Made by a program: the position numbers and the translations under genes. A model generated the notes under the pieces. It ran no database searches and had not been told where the DNA came from. It was given only the letters and a program-made list of their open reading frames with translations. From contig JBGASG010000002.1 of NCBI GenBank assembly GCA_044229845.1, forward strand, positions 160,001 through 224,000: DNA of 64,000 bases, given 5' to 3'. This stretch comes from Candidatus Obscuribacteraceae bacterium (GTDB lineage: Bacteria; Cyanobacteriota; Vampirovibrionia; Obscuribacterales; Obscuribacteraceae). Positions 30,501 through 39,587 of the stretch are shown here, piece after piece; the first letter of the stretch is position 1; every line of letters starts with the position of its first letter.

Positions 30501-32048
30501 GGGAAATCGGCAGCTGCCGAACGGCTGCTGAAACAAGCTGCGGATGCTGCAGGCTTTGTTTACGGCGAGAACAGCTACGCGGCCGCAGCATGTTTTGCTC
30601 ACCTGACAGACTTTTACGCTCTTGAAAGAAAGAAACAGGAAGCGTTAAAAATGGCTGAGCACGCGCTGACGATTTGCCGGGAGTCAAGTAAAAAAGGCAT
30701 TCGCAACATTGATGCATCGGGAGTTATCCATGTCATCTTGTACGCGGCGACACAGTTCGCAGACAGCAACGAATTGGAAATCTCGATTCTTCTCGCGGAG
30801 AATGCTCTGAGCACACATCGAGCCTGCGTCAAACCGGATGAGCTGCTCCTGTCTTCTACTCTCTCGAGACTTGCCCACTTCTACCAACGGAATCAGCAAA
30901 ATGAGGACTGCGATGCAGCATACAGAGAAGCACTAGAAATTTCGCGGCAGCATCCAGAGTCAGCGCACGTCATGTGGCAGATAATCAGAGATTACGCGAC
31001 CTTCCTTCGCGCCATCGGCAAGTCCGCCGAGGCAGATGAGCTTTCAGCGGTTGGCGGACGGATGGAGCCAGAGGCTCCCGAAGAGAGCCCGGCAGCCCTC
31101 GCAAGCCAGGCGGCTAGCCTGGAACGGATCCGGCACATTGATACGGCCCGGCAGCTTTTTGAGAAAGCATACACTGTGTCCAGAGGACGAGAACCGTACA
31201 GTCGGCACACATTGCAGGCGTTGCGTCAACTCATTGGATTCCACATTCGACACAACGACTTCATCCGAGTTGAGCAATTATACAAAGAAGAGCTTGAGCT
31301 GCTGGAGAATTACAGATTCGTTGAATCGTGCGAAATAATGGAATGCCTTTTAGGGTTGGCGAGCACATGCGCTCGTACCGGCAAGACAGAAGAAGCAAAA
31401 AGCTGGTTCAGCAAAGCTCGGAAATCAGACGCTGACTGGAAGCAAAGTAAAAACACTCCATCATCCGCAATGTCCATTGCCGAGGCCGCAATTCTCGTCG
31501 GTTATTTAGAGGATGCGGAAATCCTCTTGGACGCGGCCGAGAAGTTATTGGAGGAGCAAGCCCAGAGCCGGTCACCCGAGACTTCTAAAACACTGACCGC
31601 CATCGCCGATATGTGGTCGAAACTGGGTCGCACCGAAAGAGCTGAAGCAGCGCTCGCTCTCTCAAATGAGCACAGCAAGCCCGTCTCCATGACACCAGAT
31701 ACGGGCTCACAGTCCGTTCAGCCCGACGCACCGGTTGCTTTTGACTCATACCTTTTAGATCTAGAGCGTCGGATTAGACGTTGCTGGTCTCCGCCAGCAG
31801 GCGAAGAGGACAAACGCATCATAGTTCGTTTCAAGATCCATAGGAGGGGAGAAATTTCGCACCTGAGGATCGCCAAATCGTCAGGCAAGTCAAGCGCAGA
31901 TCAGGCAGCCCTGAAGGCAGTCGAACGAGCGTCCCCCTTCAGGTCCTTACCATCCGAAACATCTGACGACCAAGACTTCGAAATGGTTTTCGAATACAAC
32001 GCAGCGGGCGGTCCATGCCAAGCCGCCATCGTGATGGAGAATCGATAA
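27585..32048 (+). CDS. large PDZ-like / TPR / TonB C-terminal domain protein
   Basis: IVSVDGTPIKGM...RGPLGSMVTLEL; long TPR array; RIRRCWSPP...SSGKSSADQAALKAVERASPFRSLP. Confidence 0.8.
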   Translation: MTQMTEQSHQGLGEVRIRFEKGWGICLDLSQSTAQLPDGNDQPLRIVSVDGTPIKGMRIDQVRGLMRGPLGSMVTLELLSTRDLSINLTLERELRRVGPATPNAVHAMLAASEKLDNFDESDFPDQYSTHRDLTKLEPYTTGLMHAALLCGEHWHERSAMTSAVQLFTVVPYYDRVGRIVEADAAASKAIERLRRTNPKSIWLRDAFFRFAEHCERKGRYTEAEAIYSFLLGSAQPVTWENSGSRADVLSRYARMLIKSGRVSEAEKLFDEVADLEKGRFSIRREVADFYAERGRFNDSIQIYSDIVIELEKRSESERMSRKDQPLAEALYQLGIMWQRAGDPAQAIAQLQRAVSVYEARLSPSDRLDLEKNPSWFPTLSDLETKLGQLHLAKGDLDAAEISLRSAISRLRAALGAASPRLRVPTAALEQCTSEQAEHAESIELSGIEQSATTDNVDDTDEVYQQIAYASRLVWAAKFDVALPSIFNLLLLYEAPVDEDTPAARTNLLLNSLCVFARKLLDAGNFKEGKELLDRLESAVRDKNEPPSTLLPIITEYAVFSAEMNLPVSTFWDRLEAALASGDFDQRSEALASSYTIPERLRRWSLGYLFAGEYLRAERLLQHASYLLYKSENLQDELEVMTSTSPLLPIDLGIVHIYLGKLQEARSAIKYALSFDRNSQYAIARKITHVAFALRQCGHDREALSLLRNAIERIPYSSLHDKRRNQTVVPALLHWKLGELLAKQGNTTQAQAELNKASNQYAERGASPLSFTFLEAELAETQNNFAAASRMYWTSRNQPPLSMMQHQHDPARRDLLRARLSRALACADQALNFPADETVSLILELINYLLPGDYALAESLLQRAQRLVPAESDIGRKVTRAMSGLTLGSQSRISEHIAACTRAAQDAEKSEQLDAYRTWLSVAAAEIRGNLPDEAITHAAHAITLFKDRWTAQSSFSPLLEARVSIVKGLREGGKSAAAERLLKQAADAAGFVYGENSYAAAACFAHLTDFYALERKKQEALKMAEHALTICRESSKKGIRNIDASGVIHVILYAATQFADSNELEISILLAENALSTHRACVKPDELLLSSTLSRLAHFYQRNQQNEDCDAAYREALEISRQHPESAHVMWQIIRDYATFLRAIGKSAEADELSAVGGRMEPEAPEESPAALASQAASLERIRHIDTARQLFEKAYTVSRGREPYSRHTLQALRQLIGFHIRHNDFIRVEQLYKEELELLENYRFVESCEIMECLLGLASTCARTGKTEEAKSWFSKARKSDADWKQSKNTPSSAMSIAEAAILVGYLEDAEILLDAAEKLLEEQAQSRSPETSKTLTAIADMWSKLGRTERAEAALALSNEHSKPVSMTPDTGSQSVQPDAPVAFDSYLLDLERRIRRCWSPPAGEEDKRIIVRFKIHRRGEISHLRIAKSSGKSSADQAALKAVERASPFRSLPSETSDDQDFEMVFEYNAAGGPCQAAIVMENR

Positions 32049-32073
32049 CTACCCAATTGCCCGCCGTTGCCAG

Positions 32074-32922
32074 ATGCACTCAAGCGAAAGAGCAGCTAGA
32101 ATGCCTAAACAGTTCCTCCCGGAGCGCACGTTCTTGAGTTACCTAAAGCGGTATGAATCAGGTGAGTATGGCGCTTGGGACGAGCTGGTCTCCCTGGCGC
32201 CGCAGGTTCTCACCGACTCGGACTTGCGTACGGAAACAGAGGCGGTTGCAGAAGCCCTGATGTGGCGCGTGCGAAAGAACGCCGCAGTCTTGCGAGAAAC
32301 GTTGATCGCATCCGGAGCGTTGATCGCCGATGAAACAGCGCCGCTCACCGCGGACGATCTCAAATTTCTGACTGAGAAGTTCGGACCGCTCCCGTTGTCG
32401 CTCGATGTTTTCTATCGCACCACTGGATCAATCAAGCTGACGCCGAAGGCAGATTACAACTATGGCGATGATGTTACTCTCGAACGCGCAGATGGCGTCT
32501 CGCTGATCGCGCTGGATCCGCTCCAGGTCGAATCAGCGAGTGAACTGACTTGGCTAGTGGAGGAATGCAGCGATGATCCGGACTACCCGTTTGACTATTT
32601 TAATTTCTACCTAAGCCCCGACTACCTGCACAAGCAAAACATCAGTGGTGGCATGTCATACTCGGTGCAACTGCCGCCTCCGACTGCGCAAGAAGCACTC
32701 GATCCTATGGTTCGTTTCGAACGCAACGAACTGTCGTTCGTGAATTACCTTCGGTACTGTTTTAGCTGGGGAGGTTTTCCCGGACTTGATGTTTGCGAAC
32801 ACGCAGATGACAATGACATTCCTTTGAATTGGCAAATCGGTTTCTACGCTGTGGAAAGGCCGTGGAGACCCGCGTGCCAAAGACTGCGCGATTCTCTGAT
32901 CAAAGGACTTGTGGACTTCTAA
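32074..32922 (+). CDS. hypothetical protein, possibly SMI1/KNR4-like
   Basis: FGPLPLSLDVFY motif; acidic composition. Confidence 0.55.
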   Translation: MHSSERAARMPKQFLPERTFLSYLKRYESGEYGAWDELVSLAPQVLTDSDLRTETEAVAEALMWRVRKNAAVLRETLIASGALIADETAPLTADDLKFLTEKFGPLPLSLDVFYRTTGSIKLTPKADYNYGDDVTLERADGVSLIALDPLQVESASELTWLVEECSDDPDYPFDYFNFYLSPDYLHKQNISGGMSYSVQLPPPTAQEALDPMVRFERNELSFVNYLRYCFSWGGFPGLDVCEHADDNDIPLNWQIGFYAVERPWRPACQRLRDSLIKGLVDF

Positions 32923-32953
32923 GAAATTATCGGCGCAGAAGGAGATTCTTACG

Positions 32954-33421
32954 ATGAATTCAAGGAAATCGTTAGACGAAGCGAACTCCAAAATTGCTTT
33001 TTTGCCAATTAAGCCTAAATATGCAGACCGAATTCTGAGTGGTGAGAAAGAGTTTGAGTTCCGGCGTGCTGCTATAAGTTCGGAGCTGACGCACGTGATC
33101 ATCTATGCGAGCTCACCGCAAAAGTGCATCGTTGCCATAGCAAAGGTGGATGGTGTCCACGTCGCAGATCCAGACACGACCTGGAAGAAGACTAAGAAAT
33201 CGGCAGGCATCACCAGAGACGAATTCGATGACTACTTCAGTGGGACAGAGAAAGCGTACTGCATCGCACTGAACATGGAGTCCCTCGTAAGATTGAAGCA
33301 CACCGTGAAACCGGCTGAGATTCGCCCCGGCTTTCGGGTTCCACAATCTTTTTGTTACGTGGATTCAGCATTCCTGCAAGACGTAGTTTTGAAGTCTGGT
33401 GGCATTCAAGCTATTCTCTAG
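32954..33421 (+). CDS. ASCH/PUA-like domain protein
   Basis: LPIKPKYADRILSGEKEFEFRR, IYASSPQK, PQSFCY. Confidence 0.85.
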   Translation: MNSRKSLDEANSKIAFLPIKPKYADRILSGEKEFEFRRAAISSELTHVIIYASSPQKCIVAIAKVDGVHVADPDTTWKKTKKSAGITRDEFDDYFSGTEKAYCIALNMESLVRLKHTVKPAEIRPGFRVPQSFCYVDSAFLQDVVLKSGGIQAIL

Positions 33422-33480
33422 TTATCCTGCTTCCCGGGAGTTCTTGCGTGGGACTGATTCGGTTTCGCGAGAGCGTGGGA

Positions 33481-33759
33481 TTATGTGCAGATGCTCTTGT
33501 AGCGGCGTGCGGCGGCAATCGCCTTTGCGTTCGGCCTCGCAAGACTCAAGATCGCTTCCGCAAGAGCCTGGCTATCCTGGATGGACAGCTTGATCAGCTT
33601 GTGTTGCTCGATAACAGCGGCAGCTTTCTCAATCGCAGCAGCAGCCACAAAATCAGACCTGTTCACACCCTGCAAACTGGCCGCATAGTCGATTTGCTGT
33701 TTCGCCTCAGCGGACAAGCGAGACTCAATCCGTTCTCGTTTCTTATCCTTGGTGGCCAT
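33481..33759 (-). CDS. DUF1778 (TacA/AtaR-type ribbon-helix-helix) antitoxin
   Basis: KRERIESRLSAEAKQQIDYAASLQGVNRSDFV...IKLSIQDSQALAEAILS. Confidence 0.85.
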   Translation of the reverse strand: MATKDKKRERIESRLSAEAKQQIDYAASLQGVNRSDFVAAAAIEKAAAVIEQHKLIKLSIQDSQALAEAILSLARPNAKAIAAARRYKSICT

Positions 33760-33799
33760 GATTTGAACTCTCCAAATGATCGGCTGATTGAATTTTCCC

Positions 33800-33837
33800 A
33801 TTGACATTGTACGGCGATTTTACCTTACAATGTCAAT
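33800..33837. promoter_or_regulatory. 12-bp perfect inverted repeat, probable promoter/operator of the DUF1778 gene
   Basis: ATTGACATTGTA-N14-TACAATGTCAAT; contains TTGACA and TACAAT on both strands. Confidence 0.7.
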
Positions 33838-34182
33838 CGGGCATAAGGCGAATACCCGTACAAATCGCAAATAGGATCATCGATCCTTTTCATTTTCGCA
33901 AATTGATATTGCTAAATTGGGACTATTCCCAGGTGTAGCTTCAAGGCGGAATCTAATTCATGGACGTAAGCGAAATATTCAATCGCGTGACGTCGCGGTA
34001 CTCTGAGTGCAGGACCTATTCCGACCGCGGTACCGTCACATGGTGGGACCCTCGCGACAACAGACCTGCCAAACCTCAACAGATCTTCGAAACTCAGTTC
34101 ATCGCTCCCTCCTCACTGCGGTACATATTTGAGACTGGACCCGATAGGCTTTATGGCACAGCTTCCCAAATCGTAATACAAT

Positions 34183-34647
34183 GTGCTACATAAGACAATT
34201 GTTTCCATGCTCGAGAATCCAGTATCCAAGCCTATGAAAAACAGAACTAAAGTGGAGGACCTCGGCAGCGACATGCTGCCCGGCAAACCGATTTCAGCGA
34301 AGCTACGTGTGTCACTGGAAAAGGAGAAGAAAGAAACTCGCAAGCGGATTATCGAACGAGGGATTGTTCACTTTCGCGCGGATCAAGAGTTTATGTCAGC
34401 ACTGCTTGATGCTGCAGAAAAATTGAAGATGGCTCCAGGCACTCTTTGTCGGCAGCTGGTGTGGGAGTATTTGAAGTCGCAACAGCCCGCCCCAAAAGGG
34501 AAGATCCGCCAGCCTGCATCCGCGAACGCTGTGACCGAGGCGCTACTCAAAAAATTCGAGGCTATCGACGAAATCAGAGATGAGTTGCTTGAAATACGGC
34601 GACATTTGCTCGGCGGCAATAAGCAATCAAAGACACGGACACGCTAG
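34183..34647 (+). CDS. small basic protein, probable RHH/CopG-like DNA-binding protein
   Basis: IVHFRADQEFMSALLDAAEKLKMAPGTLCRQLVWEYL; start probably further downstream. Confidence 0.65.
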   Translation: MLHKTIVSMLENPVSKPMKNRTKVEDLGSDMLPGKPISAKLRVSLEKEKKETRKRIIERGIVHFRADQEFMSALLDAAEKLKMAPGTLCRQLVWEYLKSQQPAPKGKIRQPASANAVTEALLKKFEAIDEIRDELLEIRRHLLGGNKQSKTRTR

Positions 34648-34819
34648 ATCAAGGCAACGTAAGGCGCCAGTTCGGTATCACCGAATTTGGTGGCAAGCGC
34701 TGCTGGGATTGCCCATATCGCACCACATTCGTCGCCACTGTTGAGCCACAAATAATGACAACCATGGGATACTAATTGATACCTGGGTCGTTTCCCTTTC
34801 TCGTCTGGAGCAAGTCGGC

Positions 34820-35572
34820 ATGCTCAACAGTGTTCTACCGATTCTCGTCGTCGATGACAACGCGGTCAATCGGCTGGCGATGACAGCCCTTTTGACAAAG
34901 CTTGGCTATTCACACGAGGTTGCCTGCAATGGCTACGAAGCGCTGGCGGCATTCGAGAGCCGCCGCTTCAGCTTGATTCTGATGGACATCAACATGCCCG
35001 GAATGGATGGGTATGCCGCCACGCAGGCGATCAGAGCGCGGGAATTTGGTACAACTAAAAGCGTACCCATCATCGCTGTCACCGCATTGCCTGAAGAGGC
35101 GCGATCTCAGTGCATCAAGGCGGGTATGAATGACTTCATTCAAAAACCAGTTCGCAAGGAATCCCTCATGGAAAAGATTGAACACTTGCTGGAAGACGCT
35201 GACTCAGACTTTAAGCCCATCAGCGAGGACAAGTTGCTATCGGACTTTGATGCAGGTGAGGTCAGGCAGATTTTGGCGACGTTTCTCAATGTCACCGAAA
35301 CTTTGCTGTTCGAACTAGAGACTGCGATCGCAAAACGCGATCAAGAAATGGTCACTCGCGTCGCACTGGAATTGAAGGGTTCCAGCTTGCAGGTGAGCGC
35401 TGACGAAATGGCCAAGCTGTGCGCAAATCTCGAAACAACGAAGAACAGCGACGACTGGACTGAGCTGGTGAAAGTTTATGCGGCACTCGCTCACGCTTTC
35501 GCCCGCGTCAAAGCTTTCGTCAATGACAAACAGTACATCGCGTTGGTTTCTTCCATCGGTCCGGCTGCGTAG
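34820..35572 (+). CDS. response regulator (REC plus degenerate Hpt-like domain)
   Basis: LVVDDN, LMDINMPGMDG, FIQKP; C-terminal ALELKGSS. Confidence 0.88.
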   Translation: MLNSVLPILVVDDNAVNRLAMTALLTKLGYSHEVACNGYEALAAFESRRFSLILMDINMPGMDGYAATQAIRAREFGTTKSVPIIAVTALPEEARSQCIKAGMNDFIQKPVRKESLMEKIEHLLEDADSDFKPISEDKLLSDFDAGEVRQILATFLNVTETLLFELETAIAKRDQEMVTRVALELKGSSLQVSADEMAKLCANLETTKNSDDWTELVKVYAALAHAFARVKAFVNDKQYIALVSSIGPAA

Positions 35573-36034
35573 ATCTCAGCTAGCTCTACGCATACGCGTG
35601 TGCTTCCAGCCATGGAAATTCCGATGATAGCTGGTGTTTCCCGATACTGACCGCCGGGACCTGTCCAGCTTAGGATAGGCAAAGTAAGGTCTATGTTTTA
35701 GCGAGGTTTAGCGAGCCGGCTGTGTCTGACGATCACTTAAAACGATTACTACAATGCTTTTGGCGTTTCGAGGTCGACTTGGAGCAGCAAGCCAGTGGGG
35801 CGACGCATCAATCGAAGCAGAGCAACGAACGTCGCAGTCGCAATCAGGCGAGTTCGGTTGACTCATCGATGTTCGGACGCAGTGACTCCCAACACGATGA
35901 ATCAGGCGACCAGTCCCAGAACTGTTGAACAAAACATCACTCCAGTTGAGAATCTGTGGCACAATTGATATCGATGAGCTTGAGTCGGCGGCAAATCGAT
36001 AGGATTGCGTACAAGCTCCTGAGTGGATGGACAT

Positions 36035-36286
36035 ATGGCTAAATGCAACCTGATTCTATTTGTGACACCACAGACACAGCACGTGGCTTCGACTGTGCGC
36101 AAATTGATGCCTCCAGGTGCTGATTTGTCCGTAATTGATGTTTGCCAGCATCCGGAAGAAGCCGAAAGGGAAAACGTGATTGCCGTGCCGACGCTAATTA
36201 GAAAAGCGCCGCTCCCGCGCGAAAGCTTCATTGGCATGGTTTCCGACACGTCGGCGCTGGAAGCGTTTCTTCGACTGTGCTCATAG
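36035..36286 (+). CDS. kaiB: KaiB-family protein
   Basis: VIDVCQHPEEAERENVIAVPTLIRKAPLPRESFIG. Confidence 0.8.
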   Translation: MAKCNLILFVTPQTQHVASTVRKLMPPGADLSVIDVCQHPEEAERENVIAVPTLIRKAPLPRESFIGMVSDTSALEAFLRLCS

Positions 36287-36473
36287 TCAGCGAGATTATG
36301 TGTAATTCGTAGAAATGAGTGGTAGACTGCGTGAGCGCGTGTCGCCGGTAGCATATTGACCACAGCGCAAGGAACTTTAATTACTCGTCTTTGGTCTTAG
36401 CTGAAATTGCTATCGCCAGATTTCGACAGAAACCCCCGTTTCAGGCGAAACTCCGGCACGTGTTGGTGCATTT

Positions 36474-37094
36474 ATGGACAGCTGGGAGCGAACCGAACAT
36501 CAGGCACAAAGACTGAAGCCACAACATAATCGTCGTCGTGAGCTTCTTGAGTCCCTGGAGTTACTAAAAAATCTTCTGATACCATTCCGGACCGCAGACC
36601 CGGAAATCAATCTTCTGATTCAGGAGGCATTGTGGCTGGCGTCTCGCGCAGATCGTCCGACTGCGGAGATCAGCGAACGAAAGCCCTGGCTGTTTCGCGC
36701 TGTGCGCGATGGTGCACTCGAGAGAATTCCAGGCGCGACGATCCTCGCCCGCAAAATTCTGGACTTGCTCCCCAATCCGGGATCTGAATCACAAGACACT
36801 CCCGCGCCTGCCGACCCTGACCATCCAGCGCCAGGCAACTCCAAGTTCAAACTGCGGCTGTTTATTTCTGGAGATTCAAGAGCCTCGCGCGCGGCACAAG
36901 AAAATTTGAAAGTGATTGTCAAAGTATTGGGAGACTGCGAATATCAAGTAATAGATGTTCTGACACATCCGGAAGCAGCCGAGATCGAAAGAATCATCGC
37001 CACCCCGACACTACTTAGAGACCAGCCCCAGCCCAAACGAAAAGTAATCGGTGACTTGAGCGATCTTAAGACAGTGCTTCTAATACTGACCTAA
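36474..37094 (+). CDS. kaiB: KaiB-family protein with N-terminal extension
   Basis: LRLFISGDSRAS...IDVLTHPEAAEIERIIATPTLLRDQPQPKRKVIGDLSD. Confidence 0.85.
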   Translation: MDSWERTEHQAQRLKPQHNRRRELLESLELLKNLLIPFRTADPEINLLIQEALWLASRADRPTAEISERKPWLFRAVRDGALERIPGATILARKILDLLPNPGSESQDTPAPADPDHPAPGNSKFKLRLFISGDSRASRAAQENLKVIVKVLGDCEYQVIDVLTHPEAAEIERIIATPTLLRDQPQPKRKVIGDLSDLKTVLLILT

Positions 37095-37155
37095 AGCGAG
37101 AACCAACCTGAAGATCCTATTCATCTACGACAGACCTGAGGATTACAGATCGCTG

Positions 37156-37833
37156 GTGTCCGTGTTACCGGAGACGACAGTCGAGGCCGTTCCCGATATC
37201 GACCTCGCACTCAAAATGTTGAGTTGCTCTGATTTCGCGTGCACCGTCGTATGCCTTAATGGACTAGAGCAAGACGACAATGGAGCAGACTCGCAAGCGA
37301 TGTGCACACTGCGCGCGCAGCAGCCACTGATATTCCTGAGCGGATCCGAACTGCACGACGCAAACCTCTTAGCCCTAATTGAAGACGCAGTAACCAAGTT
37401 TGCCCGGCGAAACAATGGCTCTACGAATGCTGAATTAGAAACGGAACCGCGAGTTCAGGAAATCAGCTCAACAGTACGGAGCGACAATCCGGAATTGTTC
37501 GCCCGGCTCGTGGCGGAATACACCTCACTGATGGACGTGTCTCTTGACCAAAGGGCGTTTAGAATCACAGCAAGCGCTTCAGCGAAATTGAGCGAAGTAT
37601 CCAAAACGCTTGGCGACGCCAGAGCCGGTCCGCGCGACATAATCGAACTCTTCGCCACAGCGCTGAAAGCGAAATCGAAAAACGTTCCCAATGCGAAGGC
37701 TAAAGCGTACTCCGACATCGCGCTGCTAATGGCGTTAGAGCTTATGGGTTACCTGGTCAGTTACTACCGAAACTTGATTTTCAAAAAAGCACCACAGCTT
37801 CAAATCCACCACGAGGAAACTGCAGATGACTAG
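37156..37833 (+). CDS. KaiA3-like protein (degenerate receiver plus KaiA-like C-terminal helical domain)
   Basis: GPRDIIEL...ALELMGYLVSYYR; lies between kaiB and kaiC and overlaps the kaiC start. Confidence 0.6.
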   Translation: MSVLPETTVEAVPDIDLALKMLSCSDFACTVVCLNGLEQDDNGADSQAMCTLRAQQPLIFLSGSELHDANLLALIEDAVTKFARRNNGSTNAELETEPRVQEISSTVRSDNPELFARLVAEYTSLMDVSLDQRAFRITASASAKLSEVSKTLGDARAGPRDIIELFATALKAKSKNVPNAKAKAYSDIALLMALELMGYLVSYYRNLIFKKAPQLQIHHEETADD

Positions 37834-39340
37834 TGCCACAATCGGCGTTGAACGAATTAAGACCGGCATGTCCGGCATTGATTCAATCACTGGTGGCGGA
37901 TTGCCAAAAGGACGCTCGACTCTCGTCGCGGGCACCTCCGGAAGTGCTAAGACGGTGTTCGCGGTACAGTTCCTCGTGGAAGGCATCCGTCAATTTGATG
38001 AAGGTGGCGTGTTCGTCACGTTTGAAGAGAAGCCCGAAGACCTGCGAAAAAACGTCATTGGCTTCGGATGGCAGATCGCAGACTGGGAGCGTGACAAAAA
38101 ATGGATGTTTGTCGATGCGTCCCCGCGCAGCAGAGAAAAGAGCACCGTGATGGGAGAGTACGACTTTGGTGCACTGGTGGCGCGCATCGAATACGCAGTA
38201 AAAACCGTCAATGCAAAGCGAGTCGCGCTTGATTCTCTGGGCGCTATCTTTGCACAATTCACCGACATCGATGCGGTTCGCTCCGAACTTTTGCGCCTGA
38301 CGGAGGCCCTGAAGGACATGGGTGTTACTTCCATCGTCACCGTCGAGCGCACAGCAGACCATGGCGATATCTCCAGGCATGGTGTTGAAGAATTTGTCAC
38401 AGACAACGTGTTGATTCTGCGCAATTCGCTGGACAACGAAAAGCGGCGACGCACAATCGAAATTCTCAAACTACGCGGAACAGATCACAGCAAGGGTGAG
38501 TTTCCGTTTACCGTCATTCGCGAAGAAGGCATCGTCGCCAACCCATTAAGTGCAATCGAACTCAAGCAGAAGTCTTCGGATGCCAGAGTCAGCACAGGAG
38601 TTCCAGACTTAAATGAGATGAGCGGGGGAGGCTTTTTCCGAGACAGCGTGGTACTCGTATCGGGTGCCACCGGCACCGGCAAAACCTTGATGGTTACACA
38701 ATTCCTCGCGACTGGTGGCAAGGCAGAAGAGCGTCGTCTTTTGTTCGCCTTCGAAGAAAGCCGGGAACAGTTATTCAGAAACGCCCGCGGCTGGGGCTTT
38801 GATTTTGAGAAACTCGAACGAGACGGACTACTGAAAGTGCACTGCGTTTATCCGGAAGTAAAAGGACTGGAAGAACACCTGGTCGATATCCACAACATGA
38901 TCAGAGACTTCAAACCGCACCGCGTAGCCATCGACAGCTTATCCGCGCTCGAGCGCGTCGGAACGCTCAAGAGTTTTCGCGAATTCGTGATCGGACTGAC
39001 GTCGTACATCAAGACTGCTGAGATCTGTGGTGTGTTTACTTCGACGACACCAAGCCTTATGGGAGGTACGTCGATCACCGAAGCTCACATCTCCACGATT
39101 ACCGACACGATCATCTTGCTGAGATACATCGAACTGTTCGGGGAGATGCGACGAGGATTGACTGTGTTGAAGATGCGCGGCTCTTCACACGACAAGGAAA
39201 TTCGCGATCTCACGATTGATAACACCGGCATGCATATTGGCAAACCGTTCCGCAACGTCACCGGAATTTTCGCTGGCACCCCGAATTACTTAGACAATGA
39301 AGAACTCGGCAGGCTTGCCTCTGTATTTGCGGAAGACTGA
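37826..39340 (+). CDS. kaiC: circadian clock ATPase/kinase KaiC
   Basis: Two RecA-like domains (GTSGSAKT, GATGTGKT), FEE motifs, EAHISTITDTIILLRY, KMRGSSHDK. Confidence 0.95.
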   Translation: MTSATIGVERIKTGMSGIDSITGGGLPKGRSTLVAGTSGSAKTVFAVQFLVEGIRQFDEGGVFVTFEEKPEDLRKNVIGFGWQIADWERDKKWMFVDASPRSREKSTVMGEYDFGALVARIEYAVKTVNAKRVALDSLGAIFAQFTDIDAVRSELLRLTEALKDMGVTSIVTVERTADHGDISRHGVEEFVTDNVLILRNSLDNEKRRRTIEILKLRGTDHSKGEFPFTVIREEGIVANPLSAIELKQKSSDARVSTGVPDLNEMSGGGFFRDSVVLVSGATGTGKTLMVTQFLATGGKAEERRLLFAFEESREQLFRNARGWGFDFEKLERDGLLKVHCVYPEVKGLEEHLVDIHNMIRDFKPHRVAIDSLSALERVGTLKSFREFVIGLTSYIKTAEICGVFTSTTPSLMGGTSITEAHISTITDTIILLRYIELFGEMRRGLTVLKMRGSSHDKEIRDLTIDNTGMHIGKPFRNVTGIFAGTPNYLDNEELGRLASVFAED

Positions 39341-39423
39341 TAAGAGTTCGTCAGTCGCGTTGCCCATAGAGGTTGGGTGGCACTGTTCCTTTGATAATCT
39401 AAAAGCAGTCCGAGGCGTTGGAC

Positions 39424-39567
39424 CTTCCCCAGCGTAATACACTGTGCTACATTGGAAACAATCATTTTCTACATTCGAAGCTATCGACGAAATTAGAGAT
39501 GAGTTACATGAGATACGCCGACATGTGCTCGGCGGCACTAAGCAATCAAGGACTCGAACACGCTAGA
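39424..39567 (+). pseudogene. internally deleted remnant of a paralog of the 34183-34647 gene
   Basis: 39473-39567 matches 34554-34648 with about 11 mismatches in 95 bp; 39434-39450 matches 34173-34189. Confidence 0.8.
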
Positions 39568-39587
39568 GTCGATGGACTGCTTCTGAC

